NCBI GenBank assembly: GCA_029881495.1
Contig: JAOUMJ010000012.1
Span: 36,904-68,903, forward strand
Source: Nitrospinota bacterium
GTDB taxonomy: Bacteria > Nitrospinota_A > UBA7883 > JACRGQ01
Direction of reading: 5' to 3'
DNA: 32,000 nt
Position numbers and translations under genes: made by a program. This document shows, in pieces, positions 18,254 through 27,463 of this stretch. Under the pieces are notes generated by a model. It saw only the letters and a program-made list of their open reading frames with translations, was not told the DNA's origin and did not search any database. Each line of letters starts with the position of its first letter. Within the stretch, counting starts at the first letter, position 1.

Positions 18254-19381
18254 CTACTTTATTACAACTTTAGATACATAATCTCCAATTTCTGGATCCC
18301 AATAGCCGCCTTCGCCGGTTCTCTTTGCTTCTTCGTAAACCTTGCGCAATTCTTCTAGTGCTCCCTTACCGTAAATTGCCTTGTCCCAGTTTTCGGCTTC
18401 CACTACGTGCCTATTATTAAATTTGGCTCCAATAAGTTTTGCCGATTTCAGGTTGGCTAAAGCAATAAATACCGATTGCAGGTTGACTCCTTCAAGGTTT
18501 GTGGATTCCAGGTTGGCTCCCAGAAAATTTGTCGATTTCAGGTTGGCTTCTCTAAGGTCTGCGAATTGCAGGTTGGCTCTTACTAGGGTTGCCGATTGCA
18601 GGTTGGCTCTTATTAGAGATGCCGATTGCAGGGCAGCATCTTCGAGAAATGCCGATTGCAGGTTTGCTTCGTAAAGATTTGCCGATTTCAGCTTGGTTCC
18701 TCTAAGGTGTGCCGATTTCAGATCTACTTTAGAAAGGTGGGCTGATTTCAGTACGGCCCAGTCAAGATTGACACCGTTTAAATTTGCTTTACTCAGATCA
18801 GCTTTTGCCAGACTTATGCCTACCATTTTTTTGGTTATCTCTCCCCCCTCTTCACGGAAGACTGTGTGGATAGCCTTTATGTAATTTTGGACTACGGTAT
18901 CTTCGTCTACCTCTTCCGGTTGCCATGTCTGGAGAAGAGAGAAATATATTTCATATGCAGGTCTTCTGAATCTTTCGCCATGCTTGCCTATGGCAAATGG
19001 CTTCAACTGGTGAATTGCGGCTATCTGCAAGGTCCTCTCCTTATCGCCTTCTATACCTATTGCCCATTTCTGGATCTCGTGAAAATCTTTCTGGATGAGT
19101 TCTTCCTTTGCGTTCTGTATATCGGCCTTTTTATTCTGGTCGCGCCAGTACCAGATAAAAAGTGCTATTGGCGCGGCGGCAAACAAAGGGATGACAACGT
19201 TGAAAGGTTCCGCAAAAAGCTTAACTAGAAAATCCCTCTCGAAATGTATAAGAAGCAGCTCGATGAGACCGATTGCCGTAATGAGAAAAAACCGATAATG
19301 GTCTCTTACAAACAAGAAAGGGACTGATATTCTCTGCCAAATAGCACCCCATTTATCCCGAATGAACTTTCCTGGATTCAT
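18254..19381 (-). CDS. Membrane-anchored pentapeptide-repeat protein (paralogue 2)
   Basis: Shares IWYWRDQNKKADIQNAKEELIQKDFHEIQKWAIGI...LQIAAIHQLKPFAIGKHGERFRRPAYEIYFSLLQ with the 5491 gene, then A(N/D)LxSxxLxx repeats. Start placed at 19381 because the promoter-like block shared with paralogue 1 lies immediately upstream. Confidence 0.92.
   Translation of the reverse strand: MNPGKFIRDKWGAIWQRISVPFLFVRDHYRFFLITAIGLIELLLIHFERDFLVKLFAEPFNVVIPLFAAAPIALFIWYWRDQNKKADIQNAKEELIQKDFHEIQKWAIGIEGDKERTLQIAAIHQLKPFAIGKHGERFRRPAYEIYFSLLQTWQPEEVDEDTVVQNYIKAIHTVFREEGGEITKKMVGISLAKADLSKANLNGVNLDWAVLKSAHLSKVDLKSAHLRGTKLKSANLYEANLQSAFLEDAALQSASLIRANLQSATLVRANLQFADLREANLKSTNFLGANLESTNLEGVNLQSVFIALANLKSAKLIGAKFNNRHVVEAENWDKAIYGKGALEELRKVYEEAKRTGEGGYWDPEIGDYVSKVVIK
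18421..18780 (-). repeat. In-gene 30-bp tandem repeat, about 12 units, more diverged
   Basis: Minus-strand GCCAACCTGCAATCGGCA and variants (CTGAAATCGGCA, CTGGAATCCACA) recur every 30 bp. Confidence 0.85.
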
Positions 19382-19387
19382 GGAAGA

Positions 19388-19415
19388 ATTATACATTTTT
19401 GTAGCGTATCGCACA
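19388..19415 (-). promoter_or_regulatory. Predicted promoter of the second pentapeptide-repeat gene
   Basis: Minus strand TGTGCGATACGCTACAAAAATGTATAATTCT; TATAAT (19393-19388) ends 6 nt before ATG. Near-identical to the block at 5455-5485. Confidence 0.5.
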
Positions 19416-19442
19416 TCTTTTCATACTGCTTGATTGCGCATG

Positions 19443-19462
19443 CCTTCACGGGGATGACAGAG
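19443..19462 (-). repeat. Degenerate half-copy of the dispersed palindromic repeat
   Basis: Minus strand CTGTCATCCCCGTGAAGGCA matches the GTCATCCCCGCG... head; the 3' arm is lost. Confidence 0.55.
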
Positions 19463-19497
19463 GAGGAAGATTGATTCTCTATAGTTAGGAAAAATAA

Positions 19498-20943
19498 TCA
19501 GCTGTCCGCACGGTTCTGCTTGAGGAGTTTGTCGGTCTCCTCTTTCAGCTTCGGGCCGAGGCTCACCTTGTAGACGTGAGGATTCATCAGTCGTCGCATC
19601 GTAGGATGCAACCTCTCCAACTGCAGCGATGCGCGGGCACGGATATCCTTCAACGCCGGAAACTGTACCGTCACCCTACCCCCTTTCATCACCTGTCTGA
19701 GAAGCGGTTCCGCTTCAGCAATTGAATCGTAAAACTTGTTCTGATACTCCATCACCGGATGATACCCCGTAACTCCTTTCGAGAAATCGTGCGCGACACC
19801 TTCCAGCTCCACGATGTCGGCCATCATCTCGTTTTCCGTACCGTAAAGCCTCCAGACCTGTTTAATCCCCGGTAGCGTAGACTTGTTTATATTGTCGCTC
19901 ACTTTCAGCTTCATGTCCCACTTGCCATCGGCATCCTGCAAGGCTGTAAGTTTATAAACGATGGAGAGCGCGGAGGTGCCGTCGCCGGTCACCAGTTTTG
20001 TCCCAACGCCGTAGGAATCGATTTTCGCCCCCTGTATCTTGAGGTCGTGAATGATGTACTCGTCCAGGTCGCTGGAGCCGACGATGATCACATCCTTCAA
20101 TCCCGCGTCGTCGAACATCCTGCGCGCTTCCGCGCTGAGGTACGCCAGGTCGCCGCTGTCTATCCTCACTCCGCGAAGGCGTCCCCCCTCACCCTTCATC
20201 TCAAGCGCGACCTTGATGGCGTTCGGCACACCGCTTTTCAGCGTGTCGTACGTATCCACCAGCAGGATAGAATTCTTCGGATAGATCTTTACGAAACTTC
20301 TGAAAGCCTCAAGTTCGCTGTCGAACGCCATTATCCAAGAGTGCGCCTGCGTCCCGGCCACAGGAATGCCGTACATCTTTCCGGCTTCTACGTTTGAAGT
20401 CCCGGCACACCCTCCGATATACGCGGAGCGGGAGGCGGTCAAGGCGCCGTCCACACCCTGCGCGCGGCGGAGGCCGAACTCCATTACGTTATCCTTCCCC
20501 GCTTCAAGCGATACGCGCGCCGCTTTTGTGGCGATGAGCGACTGGAAATTGAAAATATTCAAAAGCGCAGATTCGACAAGCTGACATTCAGGGAGGGGCG
20601 CTTCCACGCGTAGCAGAGGCTCTCGCGGAAAGACGACACTCCCTTCCGGTATCGCGTGAATGTCGCCGGTGAACTTGAAACTTTTCAGGTACTCCAGGAA
20701 ACCTTTTTCGAAAAAACCGATGCTCCCGATATATTCAATATCCTCATCGGTGAATTTCAGCCCTTCCAGAAATTCAAGAGCATCCTCCATGCCCGCCAGT
20801 AGCGTGTAGCCTCCGTTGAATGGATTTTGCCTGAAGTAAAGATCGAAACATGCCCTCCGCTCCATCATCCCCGACTTCCAGTAACCCTGGAGCATAGTAA
20901 GTTCGTAGAGGTCGGTAAATATCGCGGACTTCGGATGGCTCAC
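19498..20943 (-). CDS. pncB: Nicotinate phosphoribosyltransferase
   Basis: LTDLYELTMLQGYWKSGM, ACFDLYFRQNPFNGGYTLLAG, MEFGLRRAQGVDGALTASRSAYIGGCAGTSN, GTQAHSWIMAF, GVRIDSGDLAYLS. Confidence 0.95.
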   Translation of the reverse strand: MSHPKSAIFTDLYELTMLQGYWKSGMMERRACFDLYFRQNPFNGGYTLLAGMEDALEFLEGLKFTDEDIEYIGSIGFFEKGFLEYLKSFKFTGDIHAIPEGSVVFPREPLLRVEAPLPECQLVESALLNIFNFQSLIATKAARVSLEAGKDNVMEFGLRRAQGVDGALTASRSAYIGGCAGTSNVEAGKMYGIPVAGTQAHSWIMAFDSELEAFRSFVKIYPKNSILLVDTYDTLKSGVPNAIKVALEMKGEGGRLRGVRIDSGDLAYLSAEARRMFDDAGLKDVIIVGSSDLDEYIIHDLKIQGAKIDSYGVGTKLVTGDGTSALSIVYKLTALQDADGKWDMKLKVSDNINKSTLPGIKQVWRLYGTENEMMADIVELEGVAHDFSKGVTGYHPVMEYQNKFYDSIAEAEPLLRQVMKGGRVTVQFPALKDIRARASLQLERLHPTMRRLMNPHVYKVSLGPKLKEETDKLLKQNRADS

Positions 20944-20966
20944 ATTCTATCCTCCGGTTGAAGGTA

Positions 20967-21614
20967 TCACGCTATCGCGGAGATATCGTTTTCGGATATC
21001 ATCGCCACTCCGGCCCCTTCCATTTCACGCATCGCGACGGCGACGGAACCTTCAATATCTATTCCCCGGCACGCTTCTCTGATAAGAAAAACTTCATAGC
21101 CAAGCTTTCGGGCGTCGAGCGCGGAGTATTTCACGCAGAAGTCGGTCGCGAGCCCGGCGATGAAGATACGTTTCAGTTTTCGCTCCTTCATGTAACCATG
21201 CAGACCTGTCGGCGTTCTTCTGTCGTTCTCATAAAACGCGGAGTATGAATCGATATCCCTGTGAAAGCCTTTCCTTACTATCAGCTCCGCCATCGGGAGG
21301 TCGAGCCCTTTATGAAACTCGGCGCCAATGCTCCCCTGTACGCAATGAGCCGGCCATAGCGTCTGTTCCCCATATTCGGCAGTGACTGTTTCAAACGGCG
21401 ATTTCCCTTCATGCGACGAGGCGAAGGAGAAATGCCCTTCCGTGTGCCAATCCTGGGTAAGTATCACATGAGGGAGCATCCTGCCGAGACGGTTAACGGA
21501 CGGAACTACGAGGTCCCCTTCATTGACCGCCAGCGCGCCTCCGGGGCAGAAGTCGTTCTGCACATCTACCACGAGCAGAACATCAGATTCTTCGAGAACG
21601 GTTCCAATACCCAT
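20967..21614 (-). CDS. pncA: Nicotinamidase (isochorismatase superfamily)
   Basis: LLVVDVQNDFCPGGALAV, LTQDWHTEGHFSFASSH, WPAHCVQGSIGAEFH, IAGLATDFCVKYSALDA. Confidence 0.93.
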   Translation of the reverse strand: MGIGTVLEESDVLLVVDVQNDFCPGGALAVNEGDLVVPSVNRLGRMLPHVILTQDWHTEGHFSFASSHEGKSPFETVTAEYGEQTLWPAHCVQGSIGAEFHKGLDLPMAELIVRKGFHRDIDSYSAFYENDRRTPTGLHGYMKERKLKRIFIAGLATDFCVKYSALDARKLGYEVFLIREACRGIDIEGSVAVAMREMEGAGVAMISENDISAIA

Positions 21615-21763
21615 TTGCCCATCCTCCGCGGGTCAGCGACAAGATCCGCATCGGCAAATTTTACGAATTAATGCGACCTAACCTGCCAATTCATTTTAAC
21701 TTTTTTGCGGCATGAAAAAAAGGAGCCGAGGACGAAACGGGCGAAAAACTCTACGCGGTTGAA

Positions 21764-22375
21764 TTAATTCTTCCCCTGTTTTTCCTGTATCTTGAGCGCC
21801 CTTAATATATCGGAATTGGTGACATGCCCCGCCTCAAGGAGAATTTCGCCGATCCTTTTTTCCGGTGTCTGCTCTTTTTGAACGGCAAGGGCTTTTTCAA
21901 TATCCTCTTCGGTGACATGTTCCAGGATATATTTCGTCAATATTTCTCCAAAAAGCATCCGCTTTTTTTTCTCTTTTGCCTCGGCTTCCTTCTCCTCCCG
22001 GCTCTCGCTCGTCTGCTCCTCGTCGTCCTCGTACTCGTCATCCTCATCGGTTTCGGCAACATGTTTGCTCAATAGCGCCGCCTTTACGCGATCTGTCGCG
22101 TCGGAAATGCCGTCGACCACGCTGTCGGCGGTTTTCGTAAAAATATCGTAGATGACCTTCAGCACGAACAGGGCTACAAAAATAGCGAGAGGAACAAGAA
22201 CAATGGATACAAGGGCCTTCGCCTGGTCGGTTCTTTCGGCAACAGCACTCTCCGAGCTCTCCAGCTTGCGCCGGAATATCTCCTTTGCCTCGTCCGGCAC
22301 CTCGATGTTTATGGAAAACGGATCGAACTGTGAGATGTTTACAATGATGTCGCTCACAAGTGCAAATTCAGACAT
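21764..22375 (-). CDS. Membrane protein with acidic/Lys-rich linker and C-terminal GspE-N/MshEN-like tandem motifs
   Basis: TM segment ALVSIVLVPLAIFVALFVLKVIYDIF; C-terminus FGEILTKYILEHVTEEDIEKALAVQ...KRIGEILLEAGHVTNSDILRALKIQ. Start chosen at MSEFALV (22375), preceded by a G-rich Shine-Dalgarno. Confidence 0.65.
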   Translation of the reverse strand: MSEFALVSDIIVNISQFDPFSINIEVPDEAKEIFRRKLESSESAVAERTDQAKALVSIVLVPLAIFVALFVLKVIYDIFTKTADSVVDGISDATDRVKAALLSKHVAETDEDDEYEDDEEQTSESREEKEAEAKEKKKRMLFGEILTKYILEHVTEEDIEKALAVQKEQTPEKRIGEILLEAGHVTNSDILRALKIQEKQGKN

Positions 22376-22715
22376 TTCCCCGCCCCCCAAAAAACAAAAG
22401 AACAATTCAGAATATAGGGAGATATTAACCTTTAGCAGTTGATGCTTCAAATGGAATGTGGGAATTGAGTGGAAAAAGCATGTAAGAGACTACGGCCTAT
22501 CCCGTCGGAAAAAGCGGTAGGCCGCAGGCAAAAACCAGTTCATTCGTCGAGTCTCTCCGATATGCCCCTAGTCTCATACATGCCAAGAACACCGGAAGGT
22601 GTCCTCCACCTCTTTGTACCATAATTACTGGAAAAACCAAATAGAAAATATACCTATTTTCATATTTATTAATTACTTATGCGAAAATTCATTCGCATGT
22701 TGATAACTGGAACTA

Positions 22716-23693
22716 CTAACTATTTAATATTTCAGCCGCTTCCTTGGCGAAATATGTGAGTATCATATCGGCCCCGGCGCGTTTCATCGAAAGGAGCATC
22801 TCCATCATTACTCTTTTTCCGTCTATCCATCCCTTTTCGGATGCGGCTTTGACCATGGAATACTCTCCGCTGACGTTATAGGCGGCGACCGGGAGCGAGA
22901 ACTCTGATTTGATCCTGAAGATGATATCCATGTATGAAAGAGCCGGCTTTACCATTATGATATCGGCGTTCTCCTGTATATCGAGGAAAACTTCCCTGAG
23001 CGCCTCCCTGCTGTTGGCCGGATCCATCTGGTATGTGGAGCGATCGCCGAACTGTGGCGAAGAATCGCACGCTTCCCTGAACGGCCCGTAAAATGCCGAT
23101 GCGTATTTTGCCGAATATGCCATTATCGGTATCTCACCACACCCCTGGTTATCGAGAGCTTTCCGTATTATCGCCACTCTTCCATCCATCATATCGCTCG
23201 GCGCGACCATATCGGCCCCCGCGTCGGCGTGCGAGAGTGCCATAAGGCCGAGCTGTTCGAGCGTCGGATCGTTCAATATCTTTCCATCCTTCACTATTCC
23301 ACAGTGCCCGTGGGATGTGTATTCATCGATGCAGACATCCGTGATAACGGTAAGTCCGGGAACGGCGTTTTTGATCTCCTTTATCGCCCTTTGCACTTCG
23401 CCGTTCGGGTCAAGCGCGCTTGTGCCCTTCTCATCCTTCTTTTCAGGGATGCCAAAAAGGATTACCGCCGGAATACCGAGGGATGAAACCTCCTTCACTT
23501 CCTTTGCGATGTTGTCTACGGAGAACCTGTAATTCCCCGGCATCGAGGAAATCTCGGTTTTTACCCCTTTGCCGTACGTTATGAAGAGGGGATAAATGAG
23601 GTCGTCCGGCGTTAGAATAGTCTCGCGCACCATTCTTGCCAGGCTAGCGGACGCCCTTGTTCTCCTGCCTCTGTATTCCGGGAATTGCATCAC
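22716..23693 (-). CDS. hemB: Delta-aminolevulinic acid dehydratase (porphobilinogen synthase)
   Basis: [83 protein letters not shown]. Confidence 0.97.
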   Translation of the reverse strand: MMQFPEYRGRRTRASASLARMVRETILTPDDLIYPLFITYGKGVKTEISSMPGNYRFSVDNIAKEVKEVSSLGIPAVILFGIPEKKDEKGTSALDPNGEVQRAIKEIKNAVPGLTVITDVCIDEYTSHGHCGIVKDGKILNDPTLEQLGLMALSHADAGADMVAPSDMMDGRVAIIRKALDNQGCGEIPIMAYSAKYASAFYGPFREACDSSPQFGDRSTYQMDPANSREALREVFLDIQENADIIMVKPALSYMDIIFRIKSEFSLPVAAYNVSGEYSMVKAASEKGWIDGKRVMMEMLLSMKRAGADMILTYFAKEAAEILNS

Positions 23694-23774
23694 GCAATTC
23701 TAACCTGAAAACGGGATGGAATTAAACCGCGGAATTCAAATTAGCAAAAAAAAGCGGTAACCGTCTCCTTTGGT

Positions 23775-23780
23775 TATAAT
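23775..23780 (+). promoter_or_regulatory. TATAAT box 8 nt upstream of ATG
   Basis: GGTTATAATACTCCGACATG; no Shine-Dalgarno at the usual spacing. Confidence 0.4.
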
Positions 23781-23788
23781 ACTCCGAC

Positions 23789-24346
23789 ATGGAACAAAAA
23801 TTCAGAAGACCGGAGACCAGGCAGATAATCTACGTCATACTCTTCGCCTTCACCTTCATCATGTTCTGGAAAACCCTTAACCACCGCTCCGCCGAGTATT
23901 ACGAAATGGGGGAAAAAGCTCTTGAGGAGGGGAAAACTCTTCAGGCGATAACATTCTTTGAACGCTCCGCCCTTTACTACACTCCAAACAATCCATACAC
24001 GGATGAGTCCGCCAAAAGGCTGGCCGAGATCGCCAAAGCCAATGGGGAGAACCTCTTTGGAAATCTGTCTGACCATGCCATCAAACGCATAGAAAAACAG
24101 ATCTACCCTTCGTCGATCTCACAACCCGCAGAAAAGGGGGATATCGAAGACGACCTCCCGGGGGGCTTGACGATACCGCACAGACTCGCGATACATGCAT
24201 CCTTTATTCTCTGGGTTGCCGGGATATTCTGGATCTTCAGAAAGGGCTTCACGGCCACCGGTGAAATAAACGTAAAGGAAGCTACAAACGGGCTCTTTAC
24301 ATTTCTAATATCACTATTTGTCTGGCTTTTCCTTCTGGCGGCGTGA
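23789..24346 (+). CDS. Membrane protein with TPR-like periplasmic segment
   Basis: N-terminal TM IIYVILFAFTFIMFW, helical EYYEMGEKALEEGKTLQAITFFERSALYYTPNNPYTDESAKRLAEIA, C-terminal TM. Overlaps the next gene by 4 bp. Confidence 0.7.
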   Translation: MEQKFRRPETRQIIYVILFAFTFIMFWKTLNHRSAEYYEMGEKALEEGKTLQAITFFERSALYYTPNNPYTDESAKRLAEIAKANGENLFGNLSDHAIKRIEKQIYPSSISQPAEKGDIEDDLPGGLTIPHRLAIHASFILWVAGIFWIFRKGFTATGEINVKEATNGLFTFLISLFVWLFLLAA

Positions 24347-26073
24347 TGGGGCTGGCTGTATTTCTTGTCTCCTTTCTCCTCTATTCCTACACCGCCATAC
24401 CGGTCATCTTTTACGAAGACAATCCCGAATTCATAACTACCGCCTATACACTCGGAATCGCGCATCCAAGCGGATACCCGCTAATAAACATTCTCGGAAA
24501 CATCGCAGGACTTCTCCCTTTCGGCAACTTCGCGTACAGGTGCAACATCATGTCGGCGCTGTTCGGCGCTATCGCGGTCTATTTCTTTTTCCGGTGCTCC
24601 TTCACGCTTTCGAAGGAGAAGTTTTTCTCCGGGGCGGCGGCGCTGATATTCATGCTTTCGGGGAACCTCTGGACGCAAAGCTCGATCATGGAAGTCTATA
24701 CTCTCCACTACGCGCTCTTCTTCTCGGTGTTCTGGATATCCCTCTCCGGTCGCCTTATAGACTTCAGGTGGCTGTTGATATCATCTTTCCTGTTCGGTTT
24801 TGCCATCACCAACCACCTCTCGTTCGCCCTCGGCCTGATCCCATTCTCGCTTTTATGGATCGCAAAGAGGAGCGAGTGGCGCTACAGGATGGACATCGGT
24901 AAATTCGGACTCGTTCTCCTCGCTGGTCTCCTTAGCTGGTCGGTTCATCTTTATCTCCCAGCGAGATCGATGTCCGGCACACAAGATATCCTGTTCAGCT
25001 GGGGGAGGATCGATTCGCTTTCGTCTTTCATGGGGAACATCACCGGCTTCATATACTCCGACCTCCCTTTCAACAAAGGGAACATGCAGGACAGGCTGAA
25101 CATAATGATGGATTATTTCTCGAATTTCCCTATCTGGGCATGGGCCATATCCATAGTGCCGTTCGTATTCGGCATAATGAAGATGCTCGCCCTGAGCGTA
25201 TCGGGGAGCCTGGCGTTTCTCCTTGGGATAGTCGCATTCTTCTTCTACTCGCTTCTTCATTATGCCGCCATAGATATCATGATGGTTATACCGTGGGGGC
25301 TAAGCCTTCTGGTAATCTTCTTCGGCATAGCGCGGCTCGGCAATTTCCTTAAAAAGGCGACCGCTTCGGTGCTCACTATACTGGCAATATACATGTACTC
25401 AAACGGCATGTCCGAATACGACCGCCACGAAGATTACACAGCATACGACTACATGGTAGATGTATTTGAAACTGTCCCGCCCGACGGAAGGCTTGAGACA
25501 GTAGCCGGATTCGAAGAGAACTACATCCTTTTCTATTCTACCTTTGGCCCCGCGGCCATTTATCCAAAGACCGGCGAGAGTGAAAACGCTAAGCTGGAGC
25601 CTTTTTTCCCCTATCTTAGCCTGGAGGTAAAAACATCCGCCACATACAGCCTGTTCAACATGGCACACCCTTATTCGGGCAAATACGGCGATATGGCAAT
25701 ATGGAATTACATCCGGTCGTTCAATCTCGACAAGACCCACCTTCGATTCAGGGAGGGGCCGCTTACAAGAAGCGCGTACAAAGGGGCCGTGCTTGCAAGA
25801 ATTGCCGTGCAAAAGGGGCATGCCCTTATGAAAAACGGCGACAAACAGAAAGCCGGATTTTTCTATCAGCTTGCGGCAAAATGGAACACCGTAGGGGTAC
25901 TCAAGGAGGCAACGATTCGCGACAGGTGGGGAGAGACGGACACCTCGATCGCCATGATAGAAGCATCTCTTAAATCCAGGCCAACGACCTACGCCTCCGC
26001 CCTCCTCGCAAAAATCCGCCTGGCAGAAAAAAAGGGGGATAGACCGGCGTTTCTCCCGGACACAAATCTGTAA
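24343..26073 (+). CDS. DUF2723-type multi-spanning membrane protein, glycosyltransferase-C-like
   Basis: YTAIPVIFYEDNPEFITTAYTLGIAHPSGYPLINILGNIAGLLPFGNFAYRCNIMSALFGAIAVYFFFR resembles the DUF2723 N-terminus. Confidence 0.8.
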   Translation: MMGLAVFLVSFLLYSYTAIPVIFYEDNPEFITTAYTLGIAHPSGYPLINILGNIAGLLPFGNFAYRCNIMSALFGAIAVYFFFRCSFTLSKEKFFSGAAALIFMLSGNLWTQSSIMEVYTLHYALFFSVFWISLSGRLIDFRWLLISSFLFGFAITNHLSFALGLIPFSLLWIAKRSEWRYRMDIGKFGLVLLAGLLSWSVHLYLPARSMSGTQDILFSWGRIDSLSSFMGNITGFIYSDLPFNKGNMQDRLNIMMDYFSNFPIWAWAISIVPFVFGIMKMLALSVSGSLAFLLGIVAFFFYSLLHYAAIDIMMVIPWGLSLLVIFFGIARLGNFLKKATASVLTILAIYMYSNGMSEYDRHEDYTAYDYMVDVFETVPPDGRLETVAGFEENYILFYSTFGPAAIYPKTGESENAKLEPFFPYLSLEVKTSATYSLFNMAHPYSGKYGDMAIWNYIRSFNLDKTHLRFREGPLTRSAYKGAVLARIAVQKGHALMKNGDKQKAGFFYQLAAKWNTVGVLKEATIRDRWGETDTSIAMIEASLKSRPTTYASALLAKIRLAEKKGDRPAFLPDTNL

Positions 26074-26074
26074 A

Positions 26075-27451
26075 ATGACCATAGCCGAAAAATACAAAAA
26101 GCATTCATATGTCATCTCAGCTTTTTCGGCCGTTGCAATAACCATGCTCCTTTTCACAAAAACAATTCCGGGAACTGCCGGCCCCGACACATCCCGCCTT
26201 GCATTAGCCGAATCACTGATAGAAAGAAACAGCTTGTTTATCGACCAATCGTATTTTTCTTATACCGGCGACCATGTAAGAATTGAAGGAAAAAGATTTT
26301 CTGATAAAGCTCCATTGCTGAGCTTTTATCTCGCAATCCCCTATGCCGTGCTGAATAAAGTATTTGGCCTCTCGTTCAGCACAAATCCGCAAACATGCCA
26401 TTACATCCTCACCATCTTCTCAAGCGGCCTCTCCACGCTGGCATTGATGTACTACCTGCTCCTGCTTTTGAGAAGAGAAGGGGTAAGTGACAGCACTATT
26501 TCAATACTCCTGCTGTCAATGTATTACTCAACGATCCTGATGCCATACTCTTTCACCATAAACAACCATACCCCTGCAATAGCGATGATTCTGGCATCGT
26601 GGCACTACTCCAAATCGGGAAAACCGTTTCTTGCCGGGATTATCGCATCCTTCGCCGTAAGCGTGGATTTGGCTTCCGTTTTTATCCTTCTGCCGCTGGT
26701 CTTGTCTGACAGGAACAGAATTAGAATTATAGTCGGAGGCATTCCAGCAGCGTTATTGTTCATGGCATGGAATTTAATGACCGCCGGAAGCATAATCCCC
26801 CACAGCATGCGGCCGGAACTTTTCCAATATGAGGGATCCATCACCGCACCGGCAGTACAGGGCTCCGGGATAATGCATGATAATATTTCCGCCTACTTCC
26901 AGTATCTGTTCCATTATCTTATTGGAAGCAGAGGTCTATTTTTTTATAGCCCCGCCTGCCTCATAGGACTGTACGGCATACTGAAGCACCCGGGGAAATT
27001 CGTATACCCGGCGATCTCAATCCTTCTTTTTATTTTCGGCACGACATTGACCTCGAACAACTACGCAGGGTGGTGCTGGGGGGTCAGATGGCATATCCTT
27101 GCCATCCCGTTTCTCATCTACTCTATACACCCCCTGCTCCAAAAGCCTTCCCCGCTGTTCAAGACACTTTTTACGGTCGCTTTTATCGCAGGTTTTTCGC
27201 TATCCGTACTCGGCTCTAAAGATCCATGGCTGATGACACTGGATGAGGATTCATCACTTGAAGCGAGACTGACCATGAAAAAGAAGTACGTTGAACAGGA
27301 CTACCTTTTCGGCATAGCGTTTGCCGAGAACGGCAAACTCCTCTACGCGGAAAAAAAGTTTGAAGACGCCCTTGGGAGGGATCCCGGTTATGAACCGGCG
27401 AGATCGGCAAAGAAGGCTGTTCGGGCCGAAAGGCTGAAAAGAGGTATCTAG
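26075..27451 (+). CDS. Multi-spanning membrane protein, possible glycosyltransferase-C-fold
   Basis: Multiple TM segments; DTSRLALAESLIERNSLFIDQSYF...RIEGKRFSDKAPLLSFYLAIPY resembles the first periplasmic loop of GT-C-like proteins; starts 2 nt after the preceding ORF. Confidence 0.6.
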   Translation: MTIAEKYKKHSYVISAFSAVAITMLLFTKTIPGTAGPDTSRLALAESLIERNSLFIDQSYFSYTGDHVRIEGKRFSDKAPLLSFYLAIPYAVLNKVFGLSFSTNPQTCHYILTIFSSGLSTLALMYYLLLLLRREGVSDSTISILLLSMYYSTILMPYSFTINNHTPAIAMILASWHYSKSGKPFLAGIIASFAVSVDLASVFILLPLVLSDRNRIRIIVGGIPAALLFMAWNLMTAGSIIPHSMRPELFQYEGSITAPAVQGSGIMHDNISAYFQYLFHYLIGSRGLFFYSPACLIGLYGILKHPGKFVYPAISILLFIFGTTLTSNNYAGWCWGVRWHILAIPFLIYSIHPLLQKPSPLFKTLFTVAFIAGFSLSVLGSKDPWLMTLDEDSSLEARLTMKKKYVEQDYLFGIAFAENGKLLYAEKKFEDALGRDPGYEPARSAKKAVRAERLKRGI

Positions 27452-27463
27452 CGAAATTCCCGG

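Noticed and set aside
18381-18674. Plus-strand ORF with LALTRVADCRLAL repeats
   Set aside because: Antisense shadow of the in-gene repeats of the pentapeptide gene on the minus strand.
20958-21671. Plus-strand ORFs opposite pncA (MKVSRYRGDIVFGYHRHS..., MRRGEGEMPFRVPILGKYH...)
   Set aside because: Antisense to a convincingly coding nicotinamidase.
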